Part shown: positions 41,046-50,897 of the stretch, in pieces
How positions within the stretch are numbered: the stretch's first letter is position 1
Layout of the letters: each line of letters starts with the position of its first letter
Assembly (NCBI GenBank): GCA_902496845.1
Contig: CABVCJ010000001.1
Coordinates: 12,129 to 76,128, forward strand
From: an uncultured Collinsella sp.
Lineage (GTDB): Bacteria > Actinomycetota > Coriobacteriia > Coriobacteriales > Coriobacteriaceae
DNA: 64,000 nucleotides
Direction of reading: 5' to 3'
The notes under the pieces: model-generated
What the model saw: only the letters and a program-made list of their open reading frames with translations
Databases searched by the model: none
Told to the model about the DNA's origin: nothing
Made by a program: the position numbers and the translations under genes

Positions 41046-42560
41046 ATGGAGAACATCAGCTACGATGCGCTCGAGAAGATCGGCTACAAGGGCTATTTGC
41101 TGCCCAAGGATGCTCCCGAGAAGGTTCTGCAGTTTGGCGAGGGCAATTTCCTGCGCGCCTTCGTTGACCGCTTCTTTGACATGGGTAACGAGGCGACCGG
41201 CTGGAATGGCAAGATCGTCATGGTCCAGCCCATCAGCGGGGCCTTTGGCTTTGCCGACGGTATCAATGCCCAGGACGACCTGTATACCGTGCTGGTGCGC
41301 GGCAAGGAGGACGGCAACACGGTCGACGAGTCCCGCGTGATTAGCGCTTGCAGCCGCTGCATCAACCCGTACCGCGAGGACGACTACCGCGCCATGATGG
41401 AGGTCGCCGTCTCTGACGACCTGGAGATTATCGTCTCCAACACCACCGAGGCCGGTATCGCCTATGACCCGTCCTGCAAGGCCGACGACATGCCACCCGC
41501 GAGCTTCCCCGCCAAGCTTGCCCAGGTGCTCCACACCCGCTGGGCTGCCGGTAAGCCGGGCGTCATCGTCCTCGCCTGCGAGCTCATCGATCACAACGGC
41601 GAGGAGTTGCTGCGCATCATGAACCAGTATGTGAGCGACTGGGGCTGGGAGGACGAGTTTGCGCAGTGGATGGCCAACGACTGCACCGTCTGCACCACGC
41701 TCGTCGACACCATCGTACCGGGCCGTATCCGCGACGCATCCGAGGCCGCCGCGGTGGCTGAGCGTCTGGGCTACGAGGATCCCTTCCTGGCCGTGCGCGA
41801 GCCCTTTCAGATGTGGGGCATCCAGGGTGACGAGTCGCTTGCCGAGAAGCTTCCCTTTGTGAAGGCTGGTCTTCCGGGTGTCTTTGTGACTCCCGACGTC
41901 ACCCCGTACAAAAAGCGCAAGGTCCGCATCCTCAACGGTGCCCACACCGCCTTCGTTCCGGGTTCCTGGGTTGCCGGCTTTGATATCGTGCGCGACTGCA
42001 TGCATGACGAGACCATTCGCGGCTTCATGAACACCATGCTCTACGACGAGGTCATTCCGACGCTTGCCGCCGACTTGGATGTCGAGGACTGCAAGGCCTT
42101 TGCCGCCGCCGTCGAAAACCGCTTCGACAACCCGTTTATTGATCATGCGCTGCTCTCCATCTGCCTCAACTCCACGGCTAAGTGGCGCGCTCGCGACCTG
42201 CCCACACTCAAGGACTACGTTGCCGAGACCGGCAACCTGCCCAAGTGCCTGGCGACGAGCCTCGCTACGCTCATCTCCTTCTACACGCAGGAGCTCGTGT
42301 CCCGCGAGGGCGACGGCCTGCACCTGCGTCGCTCCGACGGCACCGAGTACACCGCTCAGGACGACGCCTTCGTGCTCGACTTCTACGCCGCCCATGCCGG
42401 CGCCGACGATGCCCAGCTGGTGCACGACGTGCTCACCAACGAGCAGATGTGGGGCGAGGACCTTACGCAGATCGCAGGTCTTGAGGAGTTTGTCGTCAGC
42501 GCGCTCGCTGTCGTGCGTGCCGAGGGCGCCAAGCAGGCCTTCGCCAACGCTCAGGCGTAA
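41046..42560 (+). CDS. uxaB: Tagaturonate reductase (altronate oxidoreductase)
   Basis: QFGEGNFLRAFVD, SNTTEAGI, CELIDHNG, KVRILNGAHT, RFDNPFIDH. Confidence 0.95.
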   Translation: MENISYDALEKIGYKGYLLPKDAPEKVLQFGEGNFLRAFVDRFFDMGNEATGWNGKIVMVQPISGAFGFADGINAQDDLYTVLVRGKEDGNTVDESRVISACSRCINPYREDDYRAMMEVAVSDDLEIIVSNTTEAGIAYDPSCKADDMPPASFPAKLAQVLHTRWAAGKPGVIVLACELIDHNGEELLRIMNQYVSDWGWEDEFAQWMANDCTVCTTLVDTIVPGRIRDASEAAAVAERLGYEDPFLAVREPFQMWGIQGDESLAEKLPFVKAGLPGVFVTPDVTPYKKRKVRILNGAHTAFVPGSWVAGFDIVRDCMHDETIRGFMNTMLYDEVIPTLAADLDVEDCKAFAAAVENRFDNPFIDHALLSICLNSTAKWRARDLPTLKDYVAETGNLPKCLATSLATLISFYTQELVSREGDGLHLRRSDGTEYTAQDDAFVLDFYAAHAGADDAQLVHDVLTNEQMWGEDLTQIAGLEEFVVSALAVVRAEGAKQAFANAQA

Positions 42561-42641
42561 ATTTCCGGCGCAGACGCGGGCGCGGGACGGCGTGCCCGCG
42601 TCTCGACTTCTGCTCAACCTGTAGGGTTAGGACCATTTGTA

Positions 42642-44126
42642 ATGAATACTATCCAGATCAATCCGGCCGATAACGTGATCGTTGCGCTGTCGCCGCTTGC
42701 CAAGGGCACTGCCGTCGCGGTTCCCGGGGTGGGCGAGGTCGTGGCCGTGGAGGATATTCCGCAGGGCCATAAGATGGCGGTGCGCGCGATTGCCGCAGGG
42801 GAGGACGTCATCAAGTACGGCCTTCCTATCGGACACGTGACGGGCGATGTCCAGCCCGGTCAGTGGCTCCACACGCACAATGTGAAGACCAACCTTTCGG
42901 GCGAGGTCGAGTACACCTACAACCCCACGCATCCGGTCGTTGAGTCGGTTGAGCCCGAGACCTTTATGGGGTTCCGCCGCGCCGACGGTCGTGCCGCGAC
43001 GCGCAACGAGCTGTGGATCATCCCCACGGTCGGCTGTGTCAACGAAGTCGCCCGTGCCATGTGTGAGCAGGCCCAGGATCTGGTCGATGGCTCGCTGGAG
43101 GGTGTTTACTACTTCCCGCATCCCTTTGGCTGCTCGCAGACCGGCGCCGACCATGTCCAGACGCGTCGTCTGCTGGTGGCGCTCTCGCGTCATCCTAATG
43201 CGGCCGGTGTGCTGTTCCTGTCGCTTGGTTGCGAGAACTGCACACACCAGCAGGTGCTCGACGAGCTCGGTGACTTCGATCACGAGCGCGTCCGCTTCCT
43301 CACCTGCCAGGACGTTGCCGACGAGCAGGTCGAGGGCCACAAGATTCTGGCCGAGCTGGCAGACCTGGCAAAGCAAGCCAAGCGTGAGCCCATTTTGGCC
43401 TCCGAGCTGGTTATTGGTCTTAAGTGCGGCGGCTCCGACGGTCTTTCGGGCATTACCGCCAACCCCACGATCGGTCGCGTGAGCGATATGGTCGTCGCCC
43501 GCGGCGGCACGTCGGTGCTTACCGAGGTGCCCGAGATGTTTGGCGCGGAGAGCATCCTGCTTGACCGTTGCGAGAACGAGCAGGTCTTTAACGCTGCCTC
43601 CGACATGCTCAATGGCTTTAAGGACTACTTTATTAGCCATGGCGAGGTGGTCTACGAGAACCCGAGTCCCGGTAACAAGGACGGCGGTATTACCACGCTC
43701 GAGGACAAGAGTTGCGGCTGCGTGCAGAAGGGTGGCTCTGCACCCATCGTCGACGTGCTGCCGTATGCCGGTCAGGTCACCAAGCATGGCCTGAACATGC
43801 TGTGCGGCCCGGGCAACGACATGGTATCCACCACGGCGTTGACGGCTGCTGGCTGCCACGTGATTCTGTTCTCGACTGGACGCGGCACGCCGTTTGGCGC
43901 GCCGGCGCCTACGCTCAAGGTGTTCACCAATCAGCGTCTGTGCGACCACAAGGCCAACTGGATGGACTTTAACGCCGGCGTGATTGCCACGGGTGAGCGC
44001 ACGCTCGACGAGGCCGCCCGCGATTTGTACCAGCTGGTGCTACAGACGGCGAGCGGTAAGCTCACGAGTGCCGAGCGCCGTGGCTGTCACGAGATCAGTA
44101 TCTGGAAGGACGGCGTCTGCTTGTAG
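42642..44126 (+). CDS. uxaA: Altronate dehydratase
   Basis: SAF domain (GHKMA, IKYG, HTHN), LGCE, KCGGSDG, NPSPGNKDGG, TGRGTP. Confidence 0.95.
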   Translation: MNTIQINPADNVIVALSPLAKGTAVAVPGVGEVVAVEDIPQGHKMAVRAIAAGEDVIKYGLPIGHVTGDVQPGQWLHTHNVKTNLSGEVEYTYNPTHPVVESVEPETFMGFRRADGRAATRNELWIIPTVGCVNEVARAMCEQAQDLVDGSLEGVYYFPHPFGCSQTGADHVQTRRLLVALSRHPNAAGVLFLSLGCENCTHQQVLDELGDFDHERVRFLTCQDVADEQVEGHKILAELADLAKQAKREPILASELVIGLKCGGSDGLSGITANPTIGRVSDMVVARGGTSVLTEVPEMFGAESILLDRCENEQVFNAASDMLNGFKDYFISHGEVVYENPSPGNKDGGITTLEDKSCGCVQKGGSAPIVDVLPYAGQVTKHGLNMLCGPGNDMVSTTALTAAGCHVILFSTGRGTPFGAPAPTLKVFTNQRLCDHKANWMDFNAGVIATGERTLDEAARDLYQLVLQTASGKLTSAERRGCHEISIWKDGVCL

Positions 44127-44161
44127 CGGCAAGTGCGCCCAAGTATAGCGCGATGTCATCG

Positions 44162-44194
44162 GCCCCGTCGGAAGTGTTCCCGGCGGGGCTTTTT
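44162..44194 (+). terminator. Intrinsic terminator after uxaA
   Basis: GCCCCGTCGG...CCGGCGGGGC followed by TTTTT. Confidence 0.75.
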
Positions 44195-44228
44195 CGTTTC
44201 GTGGTTAAGTGAATATGTTGGAAAATCT

Positions 44229-44403
44229 GATAAACGTTCACCTATCTCATGGCTGTCCAGCATGGCACCCTTACCAGCAGAAAATAGGTGTGAGGATCTC
44301 AATTGTGTCCGTTCAGCGGTAAAAATCGACCGTTCAAGGATATTATTCAAGTGAACGTTCACCTGTCGTAAGCAATCGCGCATAATCTAACTAAACGTTC
44401 ACC
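44229..44403. promoter_or_regulatory. Three operator copies upstream of the GPH transporter
   Basis: GATAAACGTTCACC 44229, AGTGAACGTTCACC 44350, ACTAAACGTTCACC 44390. Confidence 0.8.
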
Positions 44404-44481
44404 CTGAACGCTGGGCAGACAGATGTCAGTGTGGACTCCAATGTCTTGCTGCAAGACAATCGAGAAAAGAGAGGGAGCTCG

Positions 44482-46041
44482 ATGACTAATAAGATCGGAA
44501 AAAAGCGTAAGATCACATTCTGGACGCGCTTGGGCTTTGGTATGGGCGGTATGCTCAATTCCGGTGCCCTGACCTTTACGCACAGCTAAATGGTGCTGTT
44601 CCTGTCCACGGAGTGTGGCCTGTCCGCAGGCGAGGCTGCACTGATCAGCTCGTTTGCCATCTATGTCAACGCCATTCTTTGCCCGCTGATGGGCTTTGTG
44701 GCCGATAACTTCTATGCCACCAAGATTGGCCGCATCTTTGGTCGTCGTCGTTTCTGGATCTTGCTGGCCATCCCGATGATGATCGCCGAGCCGCTCATCT
44801 TCGTGGCTACGCCGTTTGGCTTCCCGTACTACTTTGTGCTGTACCTGATCTACAACGTCGCGTACACGTTCTGCACCGCCAACCTGTCGCCGCTTACCAT
44901 CGAGATGACCGACGACTTTAAGGAGCGTACGTACCTCACCGGCTACAAGCATCTCTTTGGTAACGCCGCCGGCTTCCTGATGGCTGCACTTGTGGGCTTC
45001 GGCTTTGGCACCTTCGGCGAGACCAACCCGTTCAGCTACTTCATCATCGCTACGGTCAACGCTTCGGTCATGGCAATCTCGCTGCTTTGTGTGTACCTGT
45101 CCACGTGGGAGCACACCCCCGAGGAGGTCGCTCAGGAGAAGATCGAGAGCGTCGGCGAGGGTATCAAGAAGTTCTTCATCGACGTTATCTCCACCTTCCG
45201 CAACAAGTCCTTCCGCAAGGTCCTGTACGCACAGGTCTCCACGAAGCTCGCTGCTGCCTGCTGGTCTGCCTGCCTGTCCTTCTTCATCGTCTACTGCCTG
45301 CAGATTCCTAAGTCCTACGAGTCCGTGATGGAGATGCCTGGCAAGGTCGTCGCTATCGTCTGCACCGCCATCTGGGTCGCCCTCATGGCCAAGAAGGGCT
45401 TCCACAAGTCTTGGTACCTCGCAAATGTCGGTTGCGCTGCGTGCATCATTGCCTACAACTACTTCGCCTTTGGTCAGATCAACGGCACCTCCACGGTCGC
45501 CATCGCCATGATCGCCTACCCCATCATCTTCGCCATCTGGAAGTTCTTCTACGTCGGCTTCCAGTACCTGCCCGATGTTCTGCTCAACTACATCCCCGAT
45601 GTCGATGAACTCATCACCCTGCGTCGTCGCGAGGGCATCTACAGCTCCGCGCAGCAGCTCTGCCAGCAGATCGCCCAGGCTATCGCCGTCAACGTGTGGG
45701 CTATCGTCCTTGCTGCCTCCGGCTTCATTCAGACCGCCGGCAATAGCGACGCCGTGACCCAGCCCGCTACCGTGCCTCTGTATATCTGCGGCTACATGAT
45801 CATCGGCTGCGCCGGCTTCTTCCTGCTTGCGGCCGTCCTTGCCCGCGGCATCAAGATCGACAAGGAGCAGTGCGACGTCCTTTGCGACGAGATTCACCGA
45901 GTCAAGGAGGGTGGCAAGATGGCCGACGTCAAGCCCGAGGTCAAGGCGCTTTGCGAGGAGCTCTCCGGCTTTAAGTACGAGGACTGCTTTGCCCACAACA
46001 ACGTTGGCTTCCAGGACGGTAGCGTAACTCCCGCCGAGTAA
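44482..46041 (+). pseudogene. GPH/MFS oligogalacturonide transporter (TogT-like) with in-frame TAA at codon 36
   Basis: RBS plus MTNKIGKKRKITFWTRLGFGMGG...THS-TAA(44587)-MVLFLS; FGRRRFWIL, EMTDDFKER, PDVDELITLRRREGIY GPH motifs. Confidence 0.82.
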
Positions 46042-46064
46042 GGCCGACATATCGTCCAAATCAC

Positions 46065-46108
46065 AGGGCCGTGCCACCGGAATTCCGCCGGCAGGCACGG
46101 CCCTTTTT
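46065..46108 (+). terminator. Hairpin with U-tract between transporter and GH28
   Basis: AGGGCCGTGCC...GGCACGGCCCT followed by TTTT. Confidence 0.7.
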
Positions 46109-46156
46109 CAACAGCGTACAATTTGCCTTTAGAGCATCTTTTTGAGGGAGAAACCC

Positions 46157-47752
46157 ATGGAGACGAACGTTATCTGGCGCAACGCGCGCGCGGCGGTTAT
46201 CGAGCTTGACGACGGCGGTTACTTTACCTGCGCCGATACGTGGGAGATCTTTGTCAACGACGAGCCCGCCGGTACCACGAATACGGTCGAGACCTATGTC
46301 GACGGCCTGATCCCCGGCAAGCGCAACCTGGTTCGTTTTGTTTGTGGCGAGCGTGAGCTGAGCGTAGGTGTCACCACGCCGGCTGAGCCCTTTACCATCA
46401 ACGTTCGCGACTGTGGCGCCAAGGGCGATTCCGAGCACGACGACACCACCAACATCCAGGCTGCCATCATGGCCTGCCCCAAGGGCGGGCGCGTGCTGAT
46501 CCCCGCCGGTAGTTATCGCATCAAGTCCCTCTTCCTTAAGAGCAATATCAACATCGAGCTCGCCGAGGGAGCGGTGCTGTTGGCCCGTCACGATCGCGCG
46601 GCGCTTGCCTACATTCCGGGCACGGTCACAGGCGACGAGGGCGCCGGGTATGCCGGCACCGATATGCTGCCCCTGGGCCGCTGGGAGGGCGAGAGTTTCT
46701 CGACCTACTGCTCTACCTTTACGGGCCTGAGCGTGCACGACGTGTGCATCTATGGTCGTGGTGCCATCGACGGTCAGACCGATTTTGCCGAGGACAACTG
46801 GTGGAACAAGGACTTTAAGAACATCTTTCGCCCGGAGGAGGGCCGCGAGGTCGCCCGCCCGCGCATGATCTTCCTATCCGAGTGTGAGAACGTGAGCTTG
46901 GCCGGCTTCACCGTCCGCAACAGCCCGGCGTGGAACATCCACCCCATCCTGTGCGAGCACGTCGATGCGCTCTGCCTGTCCATCGAGGGCCCCAAGAACT
47001 CCCACAACACCGACGGCTTCGATCCCGAGAGCTGCGGTTTTGTTCGCATCCTTGGTTGTCAGTTCTCAGTGGGTGACGACTGCATCGCCATCAAGAGCGG
47101 CAAGCTGGGCATTGAGCCCGAGCTTCGTCCCACCACGCACGACGTGCTGATCTCTCACTGCTACATGCACGATGGTCACGGCGCCGTGGTCCTGGGTTCA
47201 GAGGCTGCCGGCGGCATCAAGGACCTTACCGTGAGCAAGTGCCTCTTTGAGCGCACCGACCGCGGCCTGCGCGTCAAGACCCGCCGCGGGCGCGGCAAGG
47301 ATGCCGTCAACGAGGGCATTACCTTTGAGCACATTCGCATGGACGAGGTGCTCACGCCCTTCGTGGTCAACTCCTTCTACTTCTGCGACAAGGACGGCAA
47401 GACCGACTACGTGCAGTCTCGCGAGGCACTGCCCGTCGACGACCGCACGCCCGGCTTTGGTGCCACGACGTTTTGCGATATCGAGGCCACTAACTGCCAC
47501 GCGGCCGCTGCCTACATCACGGGCCTGCCCGAGAGCAAAGTAACGCGCCTGACGTTCCAGGATGTCCACGTGACCTTTGCCGACGATGCTGAGCCCTTTG
47601 TTCCGGCCATGGCCTGCGGCGTTGAGCCCATGGTGCGTCAGGGCATCATTGCGCAAAACGTCAAGGTGCTCGACCTGCAAAATGTGGTGATCGAGGGCCA
47701 GGACGGCGAGGAGCTGCAGCTCCAGAACGTTGACAAGGTTATCCGTGCGTAG
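46157..47752 (+). CDS. GH28 (exo-)polygalacturonase, no signal peptide
   Basis: NTDG, GDDCIAIKSG, GHG, GSE, RVK catalytic motifs. Confidence 0.93.
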   Translation: METNVIWRNARAAVIELDDGGYFTCADTWEIFVNDEPAGTTNTVETYVDGLIPGKRNLVRFVCGERELSVGVTTPAEPFTINVRDCGAKGDSEHDDTTNIQAAIMACPKGGRVLIPAGSYRIKSLFLKSNINIELAEGAVLLARHDRAALAYIPGTVTGDEGAGYAGTDMLPLGRWEGESFSTYCSTFTGLSVHDVCIYGRGAIDGQTDFAEDNWWNKDFKNIFRPEEGREVARPRMIFLSECENVSLAGFTVRNSPAWNIHPILCEHVDALCLSIEGPKNSHNTDGFDPESCGFVRILGCQFSVGDDCIAIKSGKLGIEPELRPTTHDVLISHCYMHDGHGAVVLGSEAAGGIKDLTVSKCLFERTDRGLRVKTRRGRGKDAVNEGITFEHIRMDEVLTPFVVNSFYFCDKDGKTDYVQSREALPVDDRTPGFGATTFCDIEATNCHAAAAYITGLPESKVTRLTFQDVHVTFADDAEPFVPAMACGVEPMVRQGIIAQNVKVLDLQNVVIEGQDGEELQLQNVDKVIRA

Positions 47753-47886
47753 GCGTTTGCTCCTAAACAATTAAATTCGGTATGTCGTGGCGCGCGATGG
47801 GCAGGGCCTTCCCGACCCATTGCGCGAACTTTTTATATGCCGAAACTGCAACGTAGACGGTCTACGACGAAAGGACGCGGTGACTG

Positions 47887-50052
47887 ATGATGAGTGAGAG
47901 ACGATTTTTTGAGGTTTCGCCCGAGCGTGCGGGGGCATATCACAGTATCTCTAAGGCCTTGGAGGCAATTGACGAATCCTGTCCGAATGACGGACGGCCG
48001 GTGACAATCCATATCGAGCCGGGTGAGTACCGCGAACGGGTCGAGATTCATCGCTCGCATGTGACGATTGAGGGAGAGACGGCCGACAGCGTGCGTATCG
48101 TGGGCAGCCTGGGTGCCAAGATGCCTTCGGAGGACGGCTCGGGCGTGGACGGCACGCTCGGCACGTTTAGGACCTATACCGTTTTGGTCGATGCCGACGA
48201 CGTATGGCTCGAGAACCTCACGATCGAAAACGATGCGGGCGATGGGCGCGAGGTCGGTCAGGCGATTGCCCTGTATGCCGATGGCGACCGTCTGGTTGTC
48301 GATGCCTGCTGCATTAAGGGGCGCCAGGACACGCTGTTTTTGGGCCCGTTGCCCCCGCGCGAAGTCAAACCGGGCGGATTCATTGGACCCAAGCAGTTTG
48401 CGCCGCGTCGGGTGGGCCGTCAGTATTTTCGACGCTGCCGGATTGAGGGCGACGTCGACTTTATCTTTGGCGGCGCGTGTGCCTATTTTGAGGGGTGCGA
48501 GATCCGCTCGCTCAACCGCAATATGGACGTGAACGGTTACGTGACGGCGGCATCGACGCCCGAGGGAGAGCCATACGGCTTCGTGTTCCACGGCTGCTCG
48601 TTTACAGCCGCGCAAGATGTGGCACCGGATTCGGTCTATTTGGGTCGTCCTTGGCGTGAGTGGGCGCAAACTGTGCTGATCGATTGCTGGCTGGGGCGAC
48701 ATATCAAGCGCGAAGGCTGGTGGGATTGGAATAAGCCGGCGGCGCACAACTGCGTGCAGTATGCTGGCGCGATTCTGCATGGGCCGGCGGGTGATACTAC
48801 CGGCTGGGTGCCGTGGGCGAATGAACTCGATGTGATGGCTGCCGCCGGGTACGCTCGCGAGCAGGTGCTTGCCGGTGGGGATGGCTGGGATCCCGAGGGC
48901 GGCGACGGTGATGCGGTTGAGACGGCTGAACTGTCTGCCAACGGCCGCACCGTGCACATCGAGACGTACTGCGAAGACGAACCTGCGCTGCGTGCCCGGC
49001 TGAAGCGCGAGGGGCGTTCGGCTGCTTTTACGGGCAAGACTCCTGCAGATTTTGAGGCATGGAAGATTGCGACCAGGACTCGTCTGTACGATGTTTTGGG
49101 CCTTTCGCTTATGGACCGCGTCCCGATTGAGATTCGTGAGCTCAGCCGCGTGCGGGTTGCCGGCGGCATCGTGCGCACCCATGCGATGTTGCAGGTCGAG
49201 CGCGATGTTTGGATGCCGTTCTACCTGCTCGAGCCGCAGTCGCCTAAGCTCGATGCGCACGGCCGCAAGTGTTGCTATATCTGCCCGCATGGCCATCAGG
49301 GAGCAGGCGCCGCAAGTGTTGCGGGCGTGACGGGCGTGCCGGCGGTCGATGATGCTGTGCGTAAGTTCAATTACGACTACGGTCTGCGTTTGGCGCGTAT
49401 GGGTTACGTGACCGTCTGCCCCGACGCACGCGGTTGGGGATACCGTCGTGACTGGAAGGGCCAGGGCGATGACGAGAACAGCTTTCTGCGCGGCACGTGC
49501 CTAAACCAGGCGCGCATGGCCGAGCCGCTGGGACTTACCGTTGCGGGTCTCAACGCCTGGGATAACATGCGTCTGATCGATTACCTAGAGGCGCGCGGCG
49601 ACATTGCCATGGACGACCTGGGCTGTTTTGGCTTTTCGGGCGGCGGATACATGACGCTGTATCTGGCGGCGCTCGACCCACGCGTATGCAAGACGTTTGT
49701 CTCGGGCTACCTGTACGGTGTCGATGATTCGCTGCTGCACCTCAACGGCAATTGCAGCTGCAACTACACACCCGGACTTTGGCGCTTGCTCGACATGGGC
49801 GATATTGCCTCGCTTATTGCGCCGCGCCCGTTGTTAGTGCAGAGCTGCGAAGAAGATCATCTGAACGGTTCGCGCGGGCTGAAAAATGTCGATGAACAGC
49901 TCAAGATCGTGCGCGATGCCTACAAGTTGCTGGGCCGCAGAGATGCTCTGCGGCACGAGGTGTGTCCGGGTGGACACCATCTGGGCGTGGCACATCTTGT
50001 CGAGGATATCGAATGGCTCGATTCGCACGTTGCGAAATGCGACCGTGCATAG
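47887..50052 (+). CDS. Pectin methylesterase (CE8) fused to a C-terminal alpha/beta-hydrolase
   Basis: PGEYRE, GQAIAL, QDTL, DVDFIFG, YLGRPW; then PHGH, PDARGWG, GFSGGG nucleophile elbow, LIAPRPLL, GGHH. Confidence 0.88.
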   Translation: MMSERRFFEVSPERAGAYHSISKALEAIDESCPNDGRPVTIHIEPGEYRERVEIHRSHVTIEGETADSVRIVGSLGAKMPSEDGSGVDGTLGTFRTYTVLVDADDVWLENLTIENDAGDGREVGQAIALYADGDRLVVDACCIKGRQDTLFLGPLPPREVKPGGFIGPKQFAPRRVGRQYFRRCRIEGDVDFIFGGACAYFEGCEIRSLNRNMDVNGYVTAASTPEGEPYGFVFHGCSFTAAQDVAPDSVYLGRPWREWAQTVLIDCWLGRHIKREGWWDWNKPAAHNCVQYAGAILHGPAGDTTGWVPWANELDVMAAAGYAREQVLAGGDGWDPEGGDGDAVETAELSANGRTVHIETYCEDEPALRARLKREGRSAAFTGKTPADFEAWKIATRTRLYDVLGLSLMDRVPIEIRELSRVRVAGGIVRTHAMLQVERDVWMPFYLLEPQSPKLDAHGRKCCYICPHGHQGAGAASVAGVTGVPAVDDAVRKFNYDYGLRLARMGYVTVCPDARGWGYRRDWKGQGDDENSFLRGTCLNQARMAEPLGLTVAGLNAWDNMRLIDYLEARGDIAMDDLGCFGFSGGGYMTLYLAALDPRVCKTFVSGYLYGVDDSLLHLNGNCSCNYTPGLWRLLDMGDIASLIAPRPLLVQSCEEDHLNGSRGLKNVDEQLKIVRDAYKLLGRRDALRHEVCPGGHHLGVAHLVEDIEWLDSHVAKCDRA

Positions 50053-50121
50053 CCCCTCGGCATGCTGCAAATAAACGGTACGTACCTGTATGGCCGCCAA
50101 TGGGCGGATGAGGAGAAGATT

Positions 50122-50790
50122 ATGGAAACGAAGAACTTGAGTGAATCGACCATTTGCTGCTTTGGCGATTCGACCACATGGGGGGATAACGGATGCGGCG
50201 CAGGCGGCAACGACATCTCTTGGACTTCGCATCTGGGCGCGTTGCTGGGAGGTGCAGTCGTCGAGAACTTTGGCATCAAGGGTTCGCGTATCGCCATCAA
50301 GGCCGACCGTACCGATTCATTTGTCGAGCGCTTGGACGGCATCGACGATGCGGCCGATATCTACATCGTCTTTGGCGGCGTCAACGACTTTAGCCGCAAC
50401 GTGCCGCTTGGCGAGTTGGGCAGTACCGATGTGCATGAGTTCTACGGTGCGCTCGATTATCTGATCCGCACCATCACGGCACGCTCGCCTCGGGCAAAGC
50501 TCGTGTTTATGACGCCGTGCAAGACGAGCGGCAAGCACGAGAAGGATATCCCTGCAAGCGACGAGCTCAACCATTTGGGGTTGACGCAGGTCGCCTACGT
50601 AAAGGCGATGCTCGAGGTCTGTGACCGTTACTCCGTTCCGGTGATTGACCTGTATGCGCAAAGCGGCATCAGCCCGTTTTTGCCGGAGCACCGCGAGCTC
50701 TATATGCCGGACGGTCTGCATTACAGCCCGGCTGGCTATGAGCGCCTGGCGCATCGCATCGCCGCGGGCTTAGCCGCCGTTTGCCGTTAA
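50122..50790 (+). CDS. SGNH/GDSL esterase, candidate pectin acetylesterase
   Basis: FGDSTT, NFGIKG, GGVND, DGLH blocks; RBS GAGGAG. Confidence 0.88.
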   Translation: METKNLSESTICCFGDSTTWGDNGCGAGGNDISWTSHLGALLGGAVVENFGIKGSRIAIKADRTDSFVERLDGIDDAADIYIVFGGVNDFSRNVPLGELGSTDVHEFYGALDYLIRTITARSPRAKLVFMTPCKTSGKHEKDIPASDELNHLGLTQVAYVKAMLEVCDRYSVPVIDLYAQSGISPFLPEHRELYMPDGLHYSPAGYERLAHRIAAGLAAVCR

Positions 50791-50816
50791 AAGTCTGCCG
50801 TTCGCGGGGAATATAG

Positions 50817-50871
50817 GGTTAACGTTCACTCTATATTCCCCGTTCGCGTTACACTAGGGTTAACGTTCACC
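50817..50871. promoter_or_regulatory. Two operator copies upstream of GH105
   Basis: GGTTAACGTTCACT 50817 (inside a ~38-bp palindrome 50805-50842) and GGTTAACGTTCACC 50858. Confidence 0.8.
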
Positions 50872-50897
50872 TATCATTAACGTCAGAGGGGACAGCA

